Assembly: GCA_963725665.1 (NCBI GenBank)
Contig: CAVRZA010000011.1
Coordinates: forward strand, 256,001 to 320,000
DNA length: 64,000 nt
From: an uncultured Actinomycetes bacterium
GTDB taxonomy: Bacteria; Actinomycetota; Thermoleophilia; UBA2241
Reading direction: 5' to 3'
Shown in pieces: positions 10,038 through 19,540 of this stretch; the stretch's first letter is position 1; every line of letters starts with the position of its first letter. The notes under the pieces are model-generated. The model searched no databases, had not been told where the DNA came from, and saw only the letters and a program-made list of their open reading frames with translations. The position numbers were made by a program, and so were the translations under genes.

Positions 10038-11420
10038 GTGATCACCTTCTGGGACGTAGTGGAGCGCTGCGACCGCGGCGAGCGCATGTCGGAGTCCGAC
10101 TTCGACAGGATGCTGTGGGAGAACGTGCGAGCGCTGACCGAGAAGTACGACATCCACTTCGACGGTGAAACGCCCGTGCCGAGCGACGACGGCCTGGCCG
10201 ACAGGGCCTATCAGGCAGCCCTGGAGCTGTTCCTGGCCACCGGCTTCTACTGCACGAGCACACAGCGGGCGGTGCGATTCTCGCGTGAGGAGGTCGAGGA
10301 GGCCGTCCGGCACGCCAAGACGTCCTACACGTTTGGAGAGGGGCGAGACCAGCACACCATGCGACCGCGGGTCGTCGAGGACGAGCGGCCGCCGACCTGC
10401 ATCTTCTCGGGCCTGGGCGTACCAGTCGACGAGGCGGTGTTCCCGAAGGTCTGCCAGGCGATCGCGGCGGAGCCGTTGGCCGACGCCTTCTGCTGCGTGT
10501 CACTGCACGACACCTTCCGCGGCATCCCTATCAAGTCGGGACATCCCATCGAGGTGGCCGCGTGCATGTGGGACGTCACCAAGCGCCGCGAGGCAGCCCG
10601 ACTGGCTGGACGGCCGGGCCTGGGCCTCTACGCGATGGTGTCCGTCGGCGAGAGCACAGCTTCGATCATCGCCGCGTCGCACCCGGCGTTCGGAGCGTTG
10701 CCGAGAGACGTGCCGCAGGTCGGCGCCATCGCCGAGCTGAAGGTCGATTACGAGCGGATGAACAAGGTCGCCTTCGAACGCGAGTGCGGGATCGGGCTCG
10801 CCGGGCTCTACGGGCCGCTCATGGGCGGGTACGCCGGCGGTCCCGAAGGGACGATGCTCGTCCAGATAGCCCACTTCTTCCTCGGCCTGCTCGCCTACAA
10901 CGTCGAGTACCACATCTGCTTCCCGATCGACATCAATCAGACGTGCAGCACGACGGTGCCGCTGCTGTGGCTCGTCAGCGTGTACTGCCAGGCGATCGCC
11001 CGCAACTCGAGGATGCTCAACATCTGCACCACCATGGCGGCCGGCGGCCCGTCGAGCGAGATGCTCTTCTACGAGATGGCCGCCGGCGCCATCGCGCACA
11101 CGGTCTCTGGGGCGAACCACGTCCAGGGCGGGATAGCGCGCGACAAGTACCCCGAACGGGTGTCGACGCTGGAGCTGAGGCTCGGCGCCGAGACGGCGCA
11201 CGCGGTCGCGGCCATGAGGATGACCCGCGCGCAGGCAAACGACGTGGTGAAGGAGCTCGCCAGCCGCTACGTGGCCGACATTCCCAGGGCGCCCCTCGGC
11301 AAGACCTTCACGGAGCTCTACGACCTGGAGCGTGTCAGGCCGCTGGACGAGTACATCGATGTCTATCGGAAGATGAAGAAGAAGGTGTCCGAGGCCGGGG
11401 TCGACTACTCCGTTCTCTAG
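10038..11420 (+). CDS. mtmB: Monomethylamine:corrinoid methyltransferase (MtmB) family, pyrrolysine-free
   Basis: MtmB-like motifs GFYCTSTQR, GEGRD, AGRPGLG, ELKVD, GGYAGG, GKTF.E.YD; no internal TAG; SD GGAGGAG before GTG 10038. Confidence 0.85.
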   Translation: MITFWDVVERCDRGERMSESDFDRMLWENVRALTEKYDIHFDGETPVPSDDGLADRAYQAALELFLATGFYCTSTQRAVRFSREEVEEAVRHAKTSYTFGEGRDQHTMRPRVVEDERPPTCIFSGLGVPVDEAVFPKVCQAIAAEPLADAFCCVSLHDTFRGIPIKSGHPIEVAACMWDVTKRREAARLAGRPGLGLYAMVSVGESTASIIAASHPAFGALPRDVPQVGAIAELKVDYERMNKVAFERECGIGLAGLYGPLMGGYAGGPEGTMLVQIAHFFLGLLAYNVEYHICFPIDINQTCSTTVPLLWLVSVYCQAIARNSRMLNICTTMAAGGPSSEMLFYEMAAGAIAHTVSGANHVQGGIARDKYPERVSTLELRLGAETAHAVAAMRMTRAQANDVVKELASRYVADIPRAPLGKTFTELYDLERVRPLDEYIDVYRKMKKKVSEAGVDYSVL

Positions 11421-11485
11421 ATCACGCTGGAGTGACCGGCCGGCTCTCGTGGGCCGGCGCTGTCCGGGCCGATCGCGAAGGAGCC

Positions 11486-12856
11486 ATGAGCACCATGACG
11501 GACGCACTGACGCTGGATCATCTCATCGACGACGCCCACCTCGAAAGGACGCGCGAGCTGTTCGCCAAGTGCCAGGAGGTCGTCTCGGGCGGCGAGAGCA
11601 GCTACGCGCGACTGATCGGCACGCGTCCGATCGTGATGGAACGCGGCGAAGGAGCCCGCTTCTACGACGTCGACGGCAACGCCTACATCGACTGGTGTCT
11701 CGGCTACGGACCGATGATCTTCGGGCACCGGCCCAAGCCCATCCTCGATGCGATCATCGCGCAGATCACCTCGGGCGGGATGCTCTACACGTTCCCGCAC
11801 GAGCTCGACTACGAGGTGGGCAGCAAGATCGTGCAGACCGTGCCCGGCATCGACCAGGTCCGCTTCGCCAACTCCGGCAGCGAAGCCACACAGGCGGCCA
11901 TCCGTCTGGCTCGCGCCTATACCGGCAAGGACAAGATCCTCAAGTGGGAAGGTAGCTACAACGGCTTCCTCGACTGCCACGCCTTCTCGCACATGCCGGC
12001 GCTCGAGGCCGCGAGCACGGAACGTTTCCCCCGCACGCTGCCGTCGATGGCTGGCATCCCAAGAGCCGTCGAGGAGACCGTGATCGTCGGTTGCTTCAAC
12101 GACCTCGACAGCGCCGAGGAACTCATCAGAAGGAACGCGGGCGAGCTGGCCGCTGTGCTCAGCGAGCCCATCCTCGCAGACGCCGGCATCATTCCACCGG
12201 AGCCGGGCTTTCTCGAGGGGTTGCGTCGCCTTTGCGACGAATACGGGGTCCTGCTCATCTTCGACGAAATCATAACGGGCTTCCGCGTGGCGCTCGGGGG
12301 CGCCCAGGAGCTGTACGGCGTCACCCCCGACATCACGTGTGTAGCCAAGGCGGTCGGCGGGGGCACACCCGGGGCGGCAGCCTTCGGGGGTCGCAAGGAC
12401 ATCATGGAGCTCGAAGCCGAGGGTGTGGTGCTGCACGGCGGCACCTACAGCGGCAACCCCATGACCCTGGCGGGGATGAACGCCGCGCTCGACATCCTCA
12501 TCAACGATCGCGAGCGCGTGTACGGGCACCTCAACGCGATCGCCGATGCTATGGTCAAGGGCATGCGCGGCATCTTCGCCGAGCTCGGTGTGCCCGCCTA
12601 CATCGGTCAGGTCGGGCCGATGTGGCAGGTGTTCTTCGGGCACGAGGCCCCAGTCACCCGCTATCGCCAAGCCCGGGCCAGCGACACCGACTTCTTCAGC
12701 CACCTTCAGACCGAGTGCCAAGCGCGCGGCGTGTACTTCCACAACTTCAACTTCGAGCGCTTCTTCGCCAGCACCGCGCACACGATGGCCGAGGTCGACC
12801 GCAGTCTGGAGGTGATCGAGACGGCGACCAAGGCCGTCAACACGCGCAGCGGTTGA
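11486..12856 (+). CDS. Class III PLP aminotransferase (GSA-aminomutase-like)
   Basis: DVDGNAYID, NSGSEAT, IFDEIITGFR, AKAVGGG, GTYSGNP; SD AAGGAG. Confidence 0.9.
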   Translation: MSTMTDALTLDHLIDDAHLERTRELFAKCQEVVSGGESSYARLIGTRPIVMERGEGARFYDVDGNAYIDWCLGYGPMIFGHRPKPILDAIIAQITSGGMLYTFPHELDYEVGSKIVQTVPGIDQVRFANSGSEATQAAIRLARAYTGKDKILKWEGSYNGFLDCHAFSHMPALEAASTERFPRTLPSMAGIPRAVEETVIVGCFNDLDSAEELIRRNAGELAAVLSEPILADAGIIPPEPGFLEGLRRLCDEYGVLLIFDEIITGFRVALGGAQELYGVTPDITCVAKAVGGGTPGAAAFGGRKDIMELEAEGVVLHGGTYSGNPMTLAGMNAALDILINDRERVYGHLNAIADAMVKGMRGIFAELGVPAYIGQVGPMWQVFFGHEAPVTRYRQARASDTDFFSHLQTECQARGVYFHNFNFERFFASTAHTMAEVDRSLEVIETATKAVNTRSG

Positions 12857-12999
12857 GACGAAAGCGGCATTACGGCGTGGGCCAGCTTCGAGACTGTGTC
12901 TGGCGCACGCCGCGACCCGCCCCAACGACCGCGATACATGTCGTCGCACAGCCTCAGAGCCAGCACCCCGCTACACCTGCGACCCGGATGGTGAGTGCC

Positions 13000-13668
13000 A
13001 TGCCACAGCTGTTCACACTGCACGAGCAAAGCGAGACGCACATCAAACTGCAGAGGCAGATCCAGGAAGTGGACATCACGGTCGACGTGTCGACTGCCTT
13101 CGACCCGCATCTCGGCCCGCACACGACCATCGACTTCCTCGACCACCTCGTCGCCACCCTGGCCTGGGGCCTCTGCATGTCGGTGGGCTGCACGGTCGCC
13201 GAAGGGCGATGGCGCTCGACCCACACGATAGCTGAGGACGCTGGGCAGACCATCGGAGCGGCGCTCAAGAGCTTCTTCTATCGCAGGATGGTCGCGGAGG
13301 GCATCAACGGCTGCGGCTCGGCCGTCTTTGGCCTCGACGAAGCCTTGGCGAGGGCGATGGTGGGCGTAGAGGGCAGACGGAACTCGTTCATCACTGTGGC
13401 CGCTGACTGCCCCGGTGGCCGCCTCGAGTCCGTCGAGGACATGCGATCGGCCGACTGCGTCGCTTTCGTCGAGGGCTTCGCCCAAGGCTTCCCGGCCACC
13501 GTCCACCTGGACCTGCTCACTGGTCGGGACCCGCACCACGTCTGGGAATCGGCGTTCATGGCCTTGGGCGAAGCCCTGCGGATGGCTTTCCAGACCAATC
13601 CCTGGAGGATCGCGAAGAACAACCCCTACTACGCCGACGAGGGCCTCGCCGACGCGTCGCTCGCATAG
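13000..13668 (+). CDS. Divergent imidazoleglycerol-phosphate dehydratase (HisB)-like protein
   Basis: FLDHL, THTIAEDAG, G...LDEAL, DPHHVWESAF match the IGPD fold, but the first metal motif and the FK lysine are altered. Confidence 0.7.
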   Translation: MPQLFTLHEQSETHIKLQRQIQEVDITVDVSTAFDPHLGPHTTIDFLDHLVATLAWGLCMSVGCTVAEGRWRSTHTIAEDAGQTIGAALKSFFYRRMVAEGINGCGSAVFGLDEALARAMVGVEGRRNSFITVAADCPGGRLESVEDMRSADCVAFVEGFAQGFPATVHLDLLTGRDPHHVWESAFMALGEALRMAFQTNPWRIAKNNPYYADEGLADASLA

Positions 13669-13693
13669 CGACGCAGCCGATCGCGGGGGGACT

Positions 13694-14800
13694 TCAGACC
13701 GCCGCCTGCAACACGCCTTCCAGCGTCTCGATCAGACGCGCGTTCTGTGCCGCATCACCGACCGTGATGCGCAGGAACTCGGGCAGGTCGTAGCCGTCGC
13801 ACGGCCGCACGATTATCCCTCTGGCGAGTAGCGCCTGCGCGATCCTCTCCGCCTCGGGTCCGATTCTGACCAGGAGGAAGTTGGTGTGGCTCTCGACATA
13901 GCGCAGGCCCATGCGGTCGAACTCGCGGTACAGGTATCGTCGTCCAGCGGCGTTCAACGCGATCGAGCGCTGGACGTACTCCGCGTCCTGCAACGCTGCC
14001 GCCCCCGCCGCCTGCGCCAGGATGTTGACGGCAAAGGGCTCCTTGATCTTGTTCAGCGGCGCGAGCACGTCGGGGTCGGCGATCGCGTAACCCAAGCGGA
14101 CGCCGGCCAGTCCGTAGACCTTCGAGTAGGTGCGCATGACCATCACGTTCTTGCGCCCGGCGTGCACGTACTCCGTGGTCTTCGGGTAGTCGGGTGAGTC
14201 CACGAACTCGTAGTACGCTTCGTCGAAGATGACGAGCACGTCCTCGGGCACCGCCCCCATGAACGCCTCCACTTCGCTCCCCGTCACCACGGTGCCGGTT
14301 GGGTTGTTCGGGTTGCAGACGAAGATCAGCTTCGTCCTCGGCGTGATCGCCGCCCGCATCGCATCGAGGTCAAGCCGGTAGTCCCTGAGCGGCGTCTTGA
14401 TCAGCCGAGCACGCATCGCCGTCGCGAAGACGTCGTACACGGGGAAGGACGAGCGGCTGACGATGACCTCGTCGTCCTGGTCGAGATACGCCATGCAGGT
14501 CTGCATGATCAACCCGTCCGCGCCGTTGCCCACCGCGATCTGCTCCGGCTTGAATCCGAGGTGTGCCGCCAAGGCATGGCGAAGGTAATAGCACTCGCCG
14601 TCAGGGTAGGAGTTCAACTGCGGCAAGGCTGCTTGCATCGCCGCCACGGCCTTGGGCGCCGGTGGCATCGGATTCTCGTTGGAGGCCAGCTTGATGACGT
14701 CGCCGAGACCGAGCTCCCGCTGCACCTCTTCGACCGGTCGACCGGGCACGTAGGCCGCGATGTCGGCCAACGCCGACTGCGGCCTGACCAGCCTCACCAT
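13694..14800 (-). CDS. hisC: Histidinol-phosphate / aromatic aminotransferase
   Basis: IKLASNENP, YPD, CNPNNPTG, DEAYYEF, RTYSKVYGLAGVRLGY. Confidence 0.9.
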   Translation of the reverse strand: MVRLVRPQSALADIAAYVPGRPVEEVQRELGLGDVIKLASNENPMPPAPKAVAAMQAALPQLNSYPDGECYYLRHALAAHLGFKPEQIAVGNGADGLIMQTCMAYLDQDDEVIVSRSSFPVYDVFATAMRARLIKTPLRDYRLDLDAMRAAITPRTKLIFVCNPNNPTGTVVTGSEVEAFMGAVPEDVLVIFDEAYYEFVDSPDYPKTTEYVHAGRKNVMVMRTYSKVYGLAGVRLGYAIADPDVLAPLNKIKEPFAVNILAQAAGAAALQDAEYVQRSIALNAAGRRYLYREFDRMGLRYVESHTNFLLVRIGPEAERIAQALLARGIIVRPCDGYDLPEFLRITVGDAAQNARLIETLEGVLQAAV

Positions 14801-15071
14801 TGTCCCCTCTGCTCCTTATATCCACCACGCGGGCCACCGACGGGCCTCCGACCTGCGCCGAGAGCACCCACGATGGCCAACTGCGCGCTCAACCTCTGCG
14901 TATCCTTCCCCGACCTCACGTCGCTGCCGAGCGACCCGTCGGCGGCGCGCCTGCTGCTGGCGTCCATCGGCGCCTCGATCGAAAAGGCGCCCATCGTGTC
15001 CAGCCCTGTGCTAGCTGCAGCCACTCGACGGGGCCGGGAGCCCTGGCTCCCGGCCCCTCGCGATCACGAGA

Positions 15072-16703
15072 TCACTCAGGCGGCAACTCGCCGTACGTCA
15101 TGGAGAGGTCCACGCCGACGGAGCGGCTGCGCGCTTTCCAGATGTAGTACCAGATGACGCCCAGCACCCAGACGCCGACGAACAGGTAGATCGATTCCGT
15201 GGTGAACTGGCGGGCGGCCTCGTTGAAGATGAACACGTAGAGCAGGATGAGCAGGTAGGCGATGTCGACCAGCGCCCCCCACACGATCACGGGCAGACCG
15301 AGGAAGCTCCACTTCTGGTAGGGCGAGGAGTCCCAGATGCCGCGCGCCCGCTTCATGTAGGGGAAGAGCAGGGCGGCGAACGCCGTGGGCAGGAAGACCG
15401 AGGTGACCTGCAGCCCCGTGACCACGACGTTCTGCATCACGGCGAAGCTGGAGAACGAGTAGATCACCAGGAGGATCTGGCTCAGCCCGAGGCAGAGGAT
15501 GTGGTTCTTCACCGGGCTGGCGAAGCGTGGGTTGATGTCGGTGAACCACTTGGGCCCCATGCGGTCCATGCCCCAGGCGAAGAGGATGCGCGGGAAGGCC
15601 AGATAGGAGAGCGCTAGCCACCACAGCGTGAAGCCGATGTAGGAGAGCGCCATCCACGCGGCCAGCACCTTGCCGAAAGCGCCGAGCGCCGCCGAGCTCG
15701 CCCCGAGGCAGTAGACGCCGAGCGAGATGAAGTCGCTCGCGAACGGCATGTTGTAGGTGTCGATGGCGCCGTTGTTGTCCATCCACGAGGCCGCCTGAAT
15801 GAACTGGTAGCCGGTCGTCTTGTTGACCACGATTGCGGTCCAGAACATGAAGATGAAGGGCACCACGATGGCGAACACGTTGGCCCAGATGATGGTCTTG
15901 TCGGGGCGCTTGACCTCGCCGGCGATGAACGAGATCGAGTAGGCGTAGGCGAACAGCCAGCTCATGACGACCATGGTGCCGAATGTCGCCCCCCAGCTCC
16001 AGCTGGTGGGCATGGCCTGCCCGGCCGCGTCACCGATCTGCTTGATGAACTCCGCGTAGCGCGGCGACTGCGTGGCGTCGGCGGCAGCGTTCCAGTTGGC
16101 GATGAAGGTGGCCTTGCTGGTGAAGGTGAACACCAGGGCGATGACGACGGCGCCGCCGATCGAGAAGAACATCACGAACTTCTGCGTGATGGCGAAGATC
16201 CGGATGCCGAAGACGACGAACAGGAAGCCCACGAAGTTGAAGAGGCTGGCGACCACGAAGATCAGCCAATTGCTGTTGGCGAGCTTGTCGGCCGCGCTCG
16301 TCCAGCCGATGTAGCTGAACATCACGGAGAGGCCCGTGTTGGCGATGAGCGGCGCCAGCACGTAGAGCCACATCAGCCAGATGACGGCGTCGCCGAAGCT
16401 CTGCGCGATGCCGAAGATGGGATGGATGATGCGCGAGTTGTAGATGTACTCGCCGCCCGAGCGCGGCATGCTGCCGCCCAGGACGCCCCAGACGATGGGG
16501 AAGCCGATACCGGCCATGATGAGCGAGATGACGGCGGCGATGACCAGGTTGCCGCCCAGAAAGACACCCAGGCCAAGCGTGAAGATCAGCCAGATGCTCG
16601 GCGTGATCCCCTGGTTCATGAAGCCGACGGCGAACGCGTCCATCATCGAGAGGCCGCGTACGAGTCCGCTGGCCTTGCGCGCGTAGGCAAACTCTTGAGG
16701 CAC
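15072..16703 (-). CDS. APC-family amino acid/amine permease
   Basis: ~12 hydrophobic segments, ARKASGLVR, MPRSGGEY, AGEVK, C-terminal ELPPE. Confidence 0.9.
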   Translation of the reverse strand: MPQEFAYARKASGLVRGLSMMDAFAVGFMNQGITPSIWLIFTLGLGVFLGGNLVIAAVISLIMAGIGFPIVWGVLGGSMPRSGGEYIYNSRIIHPIFGIAQSFGDAVIWLMWLYVLAPLIANTGLSVMFSYIGWTSAADKLANSNWLIFVVASLFNFVGFLFVVFGIRIFAITQKFVMFFSIGGAVVIALVFTFTSKATFIANWNAAADATQSPRYAEFIKQIGDAAGQAMPTSWSWGATFGTMVVMSWLFAYAYSISFIAGEVKRPDKTIIWANVFAIVVPFIFMFWTAIVVNKTTGYQFIQAASWMDNNGAIDTYNMPFASDFISLGVYCLGASSAALGAFGKVLAAWMALSYIGFTLWWLALSYLAFPRILFAWGMDRMGPKWFTDINPRFASPVKNHILCLGLSQILLVIYSFSSFAVMQNVVVTGLQVTSVFLPTAFAALLFPYMKRARGIWDSSPYQKWSFLGLPVIVWGALVDIAYLLILLYVFIFNEAARQFTTESIYLFVGVWVLGVIWYYIWKARSRSVGVDLSMTYGELPPE

Positions 16704-17017
16704 GTTTCCCCCTTCCTACGTTCTCCCCTTGCCGGCCCGCCGCAGCCAGCGGTCCGACGGCTGTGCGACGTGCGCGAAGGAACGACAGGTCAGCCGATCA
16801 GCCTCCCTTCCTCGGTCACCCCGACCTGCACCGGCGACCGGTCAGACAGTACCGGAGCCTCCGCGGCACCGTCGTGGTCCCCGGTGCAGGCATGACGCAG
16901 CACGCCCCGGGCCCCCTGGCGGCCGCCCCCATCGATACCCTTGGTATCCATACCTGTAGTAAGCCACTCAATGCAAGCCTTCGCACCAAGTCGCTTCGCA
17001 GTCAAGCACGTGAGCGT

Positions 17018-17037
17018 CCGTCTCGCATACGAGACGG
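17018..17037. terminator. Stem-loop after kce (putative terminator)
   Basis: CCGTCTCG-CATA-CGAGACGG perfect 8-bp stem ~30 nt after the kce stop. Confidence 0.45.
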
Positions 17038-17068
17038 AACGGCCGCCGCCTCACAGGCGCGGCCTGCG

Positions 17069-17902
17069 CTAGGCGCTCGTGTACCGCCCCAGCCGCAGGA
17101 TCTGCCGCGCCTCGTCGGGGGTGGCCGGCTCGCGGTTCCACTCGCGGGCCAGACGCACTACGCGCTCGACCAGCCGCGCGTTGCTCTCGGCGAGCACCTT
17201 CCTATGCAGGAAGATGTTGTCCTCGAACCCGAGACGCACGTTGCCGCCCAGGGCGAGGGCCGTCATCGTCACCGGCATATGCCAGCGCCCGATGCCCGTG
17301 CAGGTCCAGGTCGAGCCCTCCTTGGGTATCGAGTCGACGAGGAACATCAGGTTGCGCGGCTCTCCGCTCATCGAGCCCGGCACGCCGAGCACGAAGTCCC
17401 AGTGCAGCAGGGGGCCGGCCGGGCCCAGCCTCTCGACCAGCCGCAGCGCGTTGTCGATCTGTCCGGCCTCGAAGATCTCGAACTCGGGACGTACGCCGGC
17501 CGCCCGCTCGCGCTCATAGAACTCGCTCATGAGCGCCTGGTCGTTGAAGAAGACCTCGTCGCCGAAGTTGGCCGTGCCCGTCGTCAGCGAGGCCATCTCG
17601 GGCCTTAGTTCAAGCGGCTGCAAGCGCTCATCGGCCGTCATGCCCATGGCCCCGCCCGTCGAGGCCTGGATGATGATGTCGGTGCGCTTGCGGATCTCCG
17701 CGATGGCGGTGGCGAACACCTCGCGGTCCTGTGTGGGCGTGCCGTCGGGGCGCCGCACGTGCAGGTGGTACATCGCGGCGCCGGCCTCGCGGCAACGCGC
17801 CGCGTCGACGCCGATCTCCTCCGCAGTCACGGGGAGGTTGGGCTGCGCCTGCTTGGTCGTCTCGGCCCCCACGCCGGCGACCGTGATGATCAGGTCCCCC
17901 AT
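17069..17902 (-). CDS. kce: 3-keto-5-aminohexanoate cleavage enzyme (BKACE/DUF849)
   Basis: LIITVA..GAE.TK..PNLP, HLHVR, STGG, PEMASL, GGNVRLGFEDN. Confidence 0.88.
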   Translation of the reverse strand: MGDLIITVAGVGAETTKQAQPNLPVTAEEIGVDAARCREAGAAMYHLHVRRPDGTPTQDREVFATAIAEIRKRTDIIIQASTGGAMGMTADERLQPLELRPEMASLTTGTANFGDEVFFNDQALMSEFYERERAAGVRPEFEIFEAGQIDNALRLVERLGPAGPLLHWDFVLGVPGSMSGEPRNLMFLVDSIPKEGSTWTCTGIGRWHMPVTMTALALGGNVRLGFEDNIFLHRKVLAESNARLVERVVRLAREWNREPATPDEARQILRLGRYTSA

Positions 17903-17937
17903 GGCTTCTCCTTTGCGCGAAATGGCCGACGCGATTG

Positions 17938-19208
17938 CTAGCTCCCGGCCGGATACCGCTGCGCGACCACGCCTAGCGCCTCCTCGACCACCTCGAGGGC
18001 CCGCGTGAGGTCCTCCTCGGTGTGGCGGTAGGCGATGTACCAGTGATGATACGGCTGCACGAACAGACCGCGACGGATGCATTGCGTGTAGAACTCCGTG
18101 CGCCGCTCCCGGTAGTGCGTGTCGACCTTGTCGAAGGTGAGGAAGGGCATGGGCGGGATGCCGCTCTTGGTCACCGGCACCCCCGACTCGTCGACGATCG
18201 CGCCCAGCCGGTCGAGAAAGCGCGTGCCGCGCTCCCAGATAGCGTCCTGCACCTTCTCGCGCTCGAGGATGTCCATGCACGTCATCGCGGCGACCATCTC
18301 GAGGCTGTTGGGGAAGAAGGTCGAGCTCAGGAAGGCGTCCTTCAGATAGACGGAGAGGATCTCGCGCTTGCCCACCAGGGCGGCGATCGGGTAGCCGTTG
18401 GCCATCGCCTTGCCGACGCACGTCGCGTCGGGCACGATACCGTAGCGCTCCTGGGCGCCGCCCATGGCGACGCGGAAGCCGGTGCGGATCTCGTCGAAGA
18501 TCAGCACGGCGCCGTTCCTGTGGGTGATCTCCTTGACCTTCTCGAGATAGCCGTCCGGCGGCGCGACGACGGGAGCCGCCAGCGGGTGACCGACGGGGTG
18601 ATGATGACGCAGGCGACCTTGTCGGGGTTCTCGGCGAAGACGCGCTCGAGGTCGGCGACGTCGCCGTACTTGAACTCCTTGGTCAACTCGACCAGGGCGT
18701 GCGGCACGCCGCCGTGGTTCTCGACGCACCAGTCGCCCCAGCCGTGGTAGCCGCAGCGGGCGATGACGTCGCGGCCGGTGTAGGCGCGCGCCGCGCGCAC
18801 AGCGGCGTTGGTGGCATCGGAGCCCGTCTTGACGATGATCGTCTGCTCGCCGCAGGGCATCGTGTTCGCCAGCCGCTCCTCAAGCTCGTTCTGGACCGGC
18901 TGCACGAGGCTGAAGCAGAAGCCCTTGTCCATCTGCGCCTTGACGGCGTCGTTGATCTCGGGCTCGACGTAGCCGAGGATGATCGGCCCGTAGGCGCAGA
19001 GCATGTCGATGTACTCGTTGCCGTCGACGTCGAAGATGTGGCCGCCCTTGCCGTGGGTGATAAAGACGGGGTACTCGCCGATGACGAAGTTGTAAGGCCG
19101 GCGGATGCCGCCCACGCCGCCGGGGGTGAGGCGCTGCGCGTCCTCGAGCATGGCCATCGACCTATCGAGCTTGAGATGCGGCGCGCTGGGCACGGTTCTC
19201 TCGGCCAT
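17938..19208 (-). CDS. kat: Class III aminotransferase, probable 3-aminobutyryl-CoA aminotransferase (Kat-like); one frameshift near 18595
   Basis: PGG..GIRRPYNFV.GEYP.F N-terminus and IFDEIRTGFR/GKAMANG C-terminus lie in two frames joined by adding one C in ACCCC(C)GTC; adjacent to kce. Confidence 0.7.
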
Positions 19209-19540
19209 AAGACTCCTTTCCGCGAGGCGATCGGATTGCTCGTGGCGCCCCGCCTCATCCACCTTGCGCTGGCTAGTGGCGCCCACTCCCGCGGCCGCGC
19301 GGAGCGGGTGGCGCCAGGCCTGTCTCTGGGAGGCCGCAGGGCCGTCGCCGGTCGCCGGGATCGCGGCCGTGCGGCAGGTTGGACTCTACCTCATTTCACC
19401 GAGCGGTGTCTGCCGTCGTGGCCACAGCACCGGCACCCAGCCTGCAGCCGGTGCGCCAATCTGGCCATGCGTGCGCGCTCTTACCTCCATCGCTCTATGG
19501 ACCATCGCCGCCGCGGGCGCCCCCCAAGATGCACTTGGGC

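Noticed and set aside
11418-11420. TAG stop of the mtmB-like gene as a pyrrolysine read-through
   Set aside because: It falls at the normal MtmB length (~460 aa), a new SD/ATG follows, and no pyl genes are in the window.
14800-15072. Small ORFs between hisC and the APC permease
   Set aside because: No convincing SD, motif or consistent frame; the candidates overlap neighbouring genes.
18590-18600. Programmed ribosomal frameshifting in kat or the other split genes
   Set aside because: No slippery heptamer or stimulatory structure; mixed +1/-1 directions at short homopolymers fit sequencing error.
19443-19459. Sigma54-like TGGCGC-N5-CTGCA upstream of kat (minus strand)
   Set aside because: Mismatched to consensus, plausible by chance at this GC content, and no enhancer-binding protein in the window.
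19210-19540. Lysine riboswitch in the kat or kamA leaders
   Set aside because: Hairpins are present, but I could not find the AGAGG.GC / GAAAGG / CUGUC core elements.
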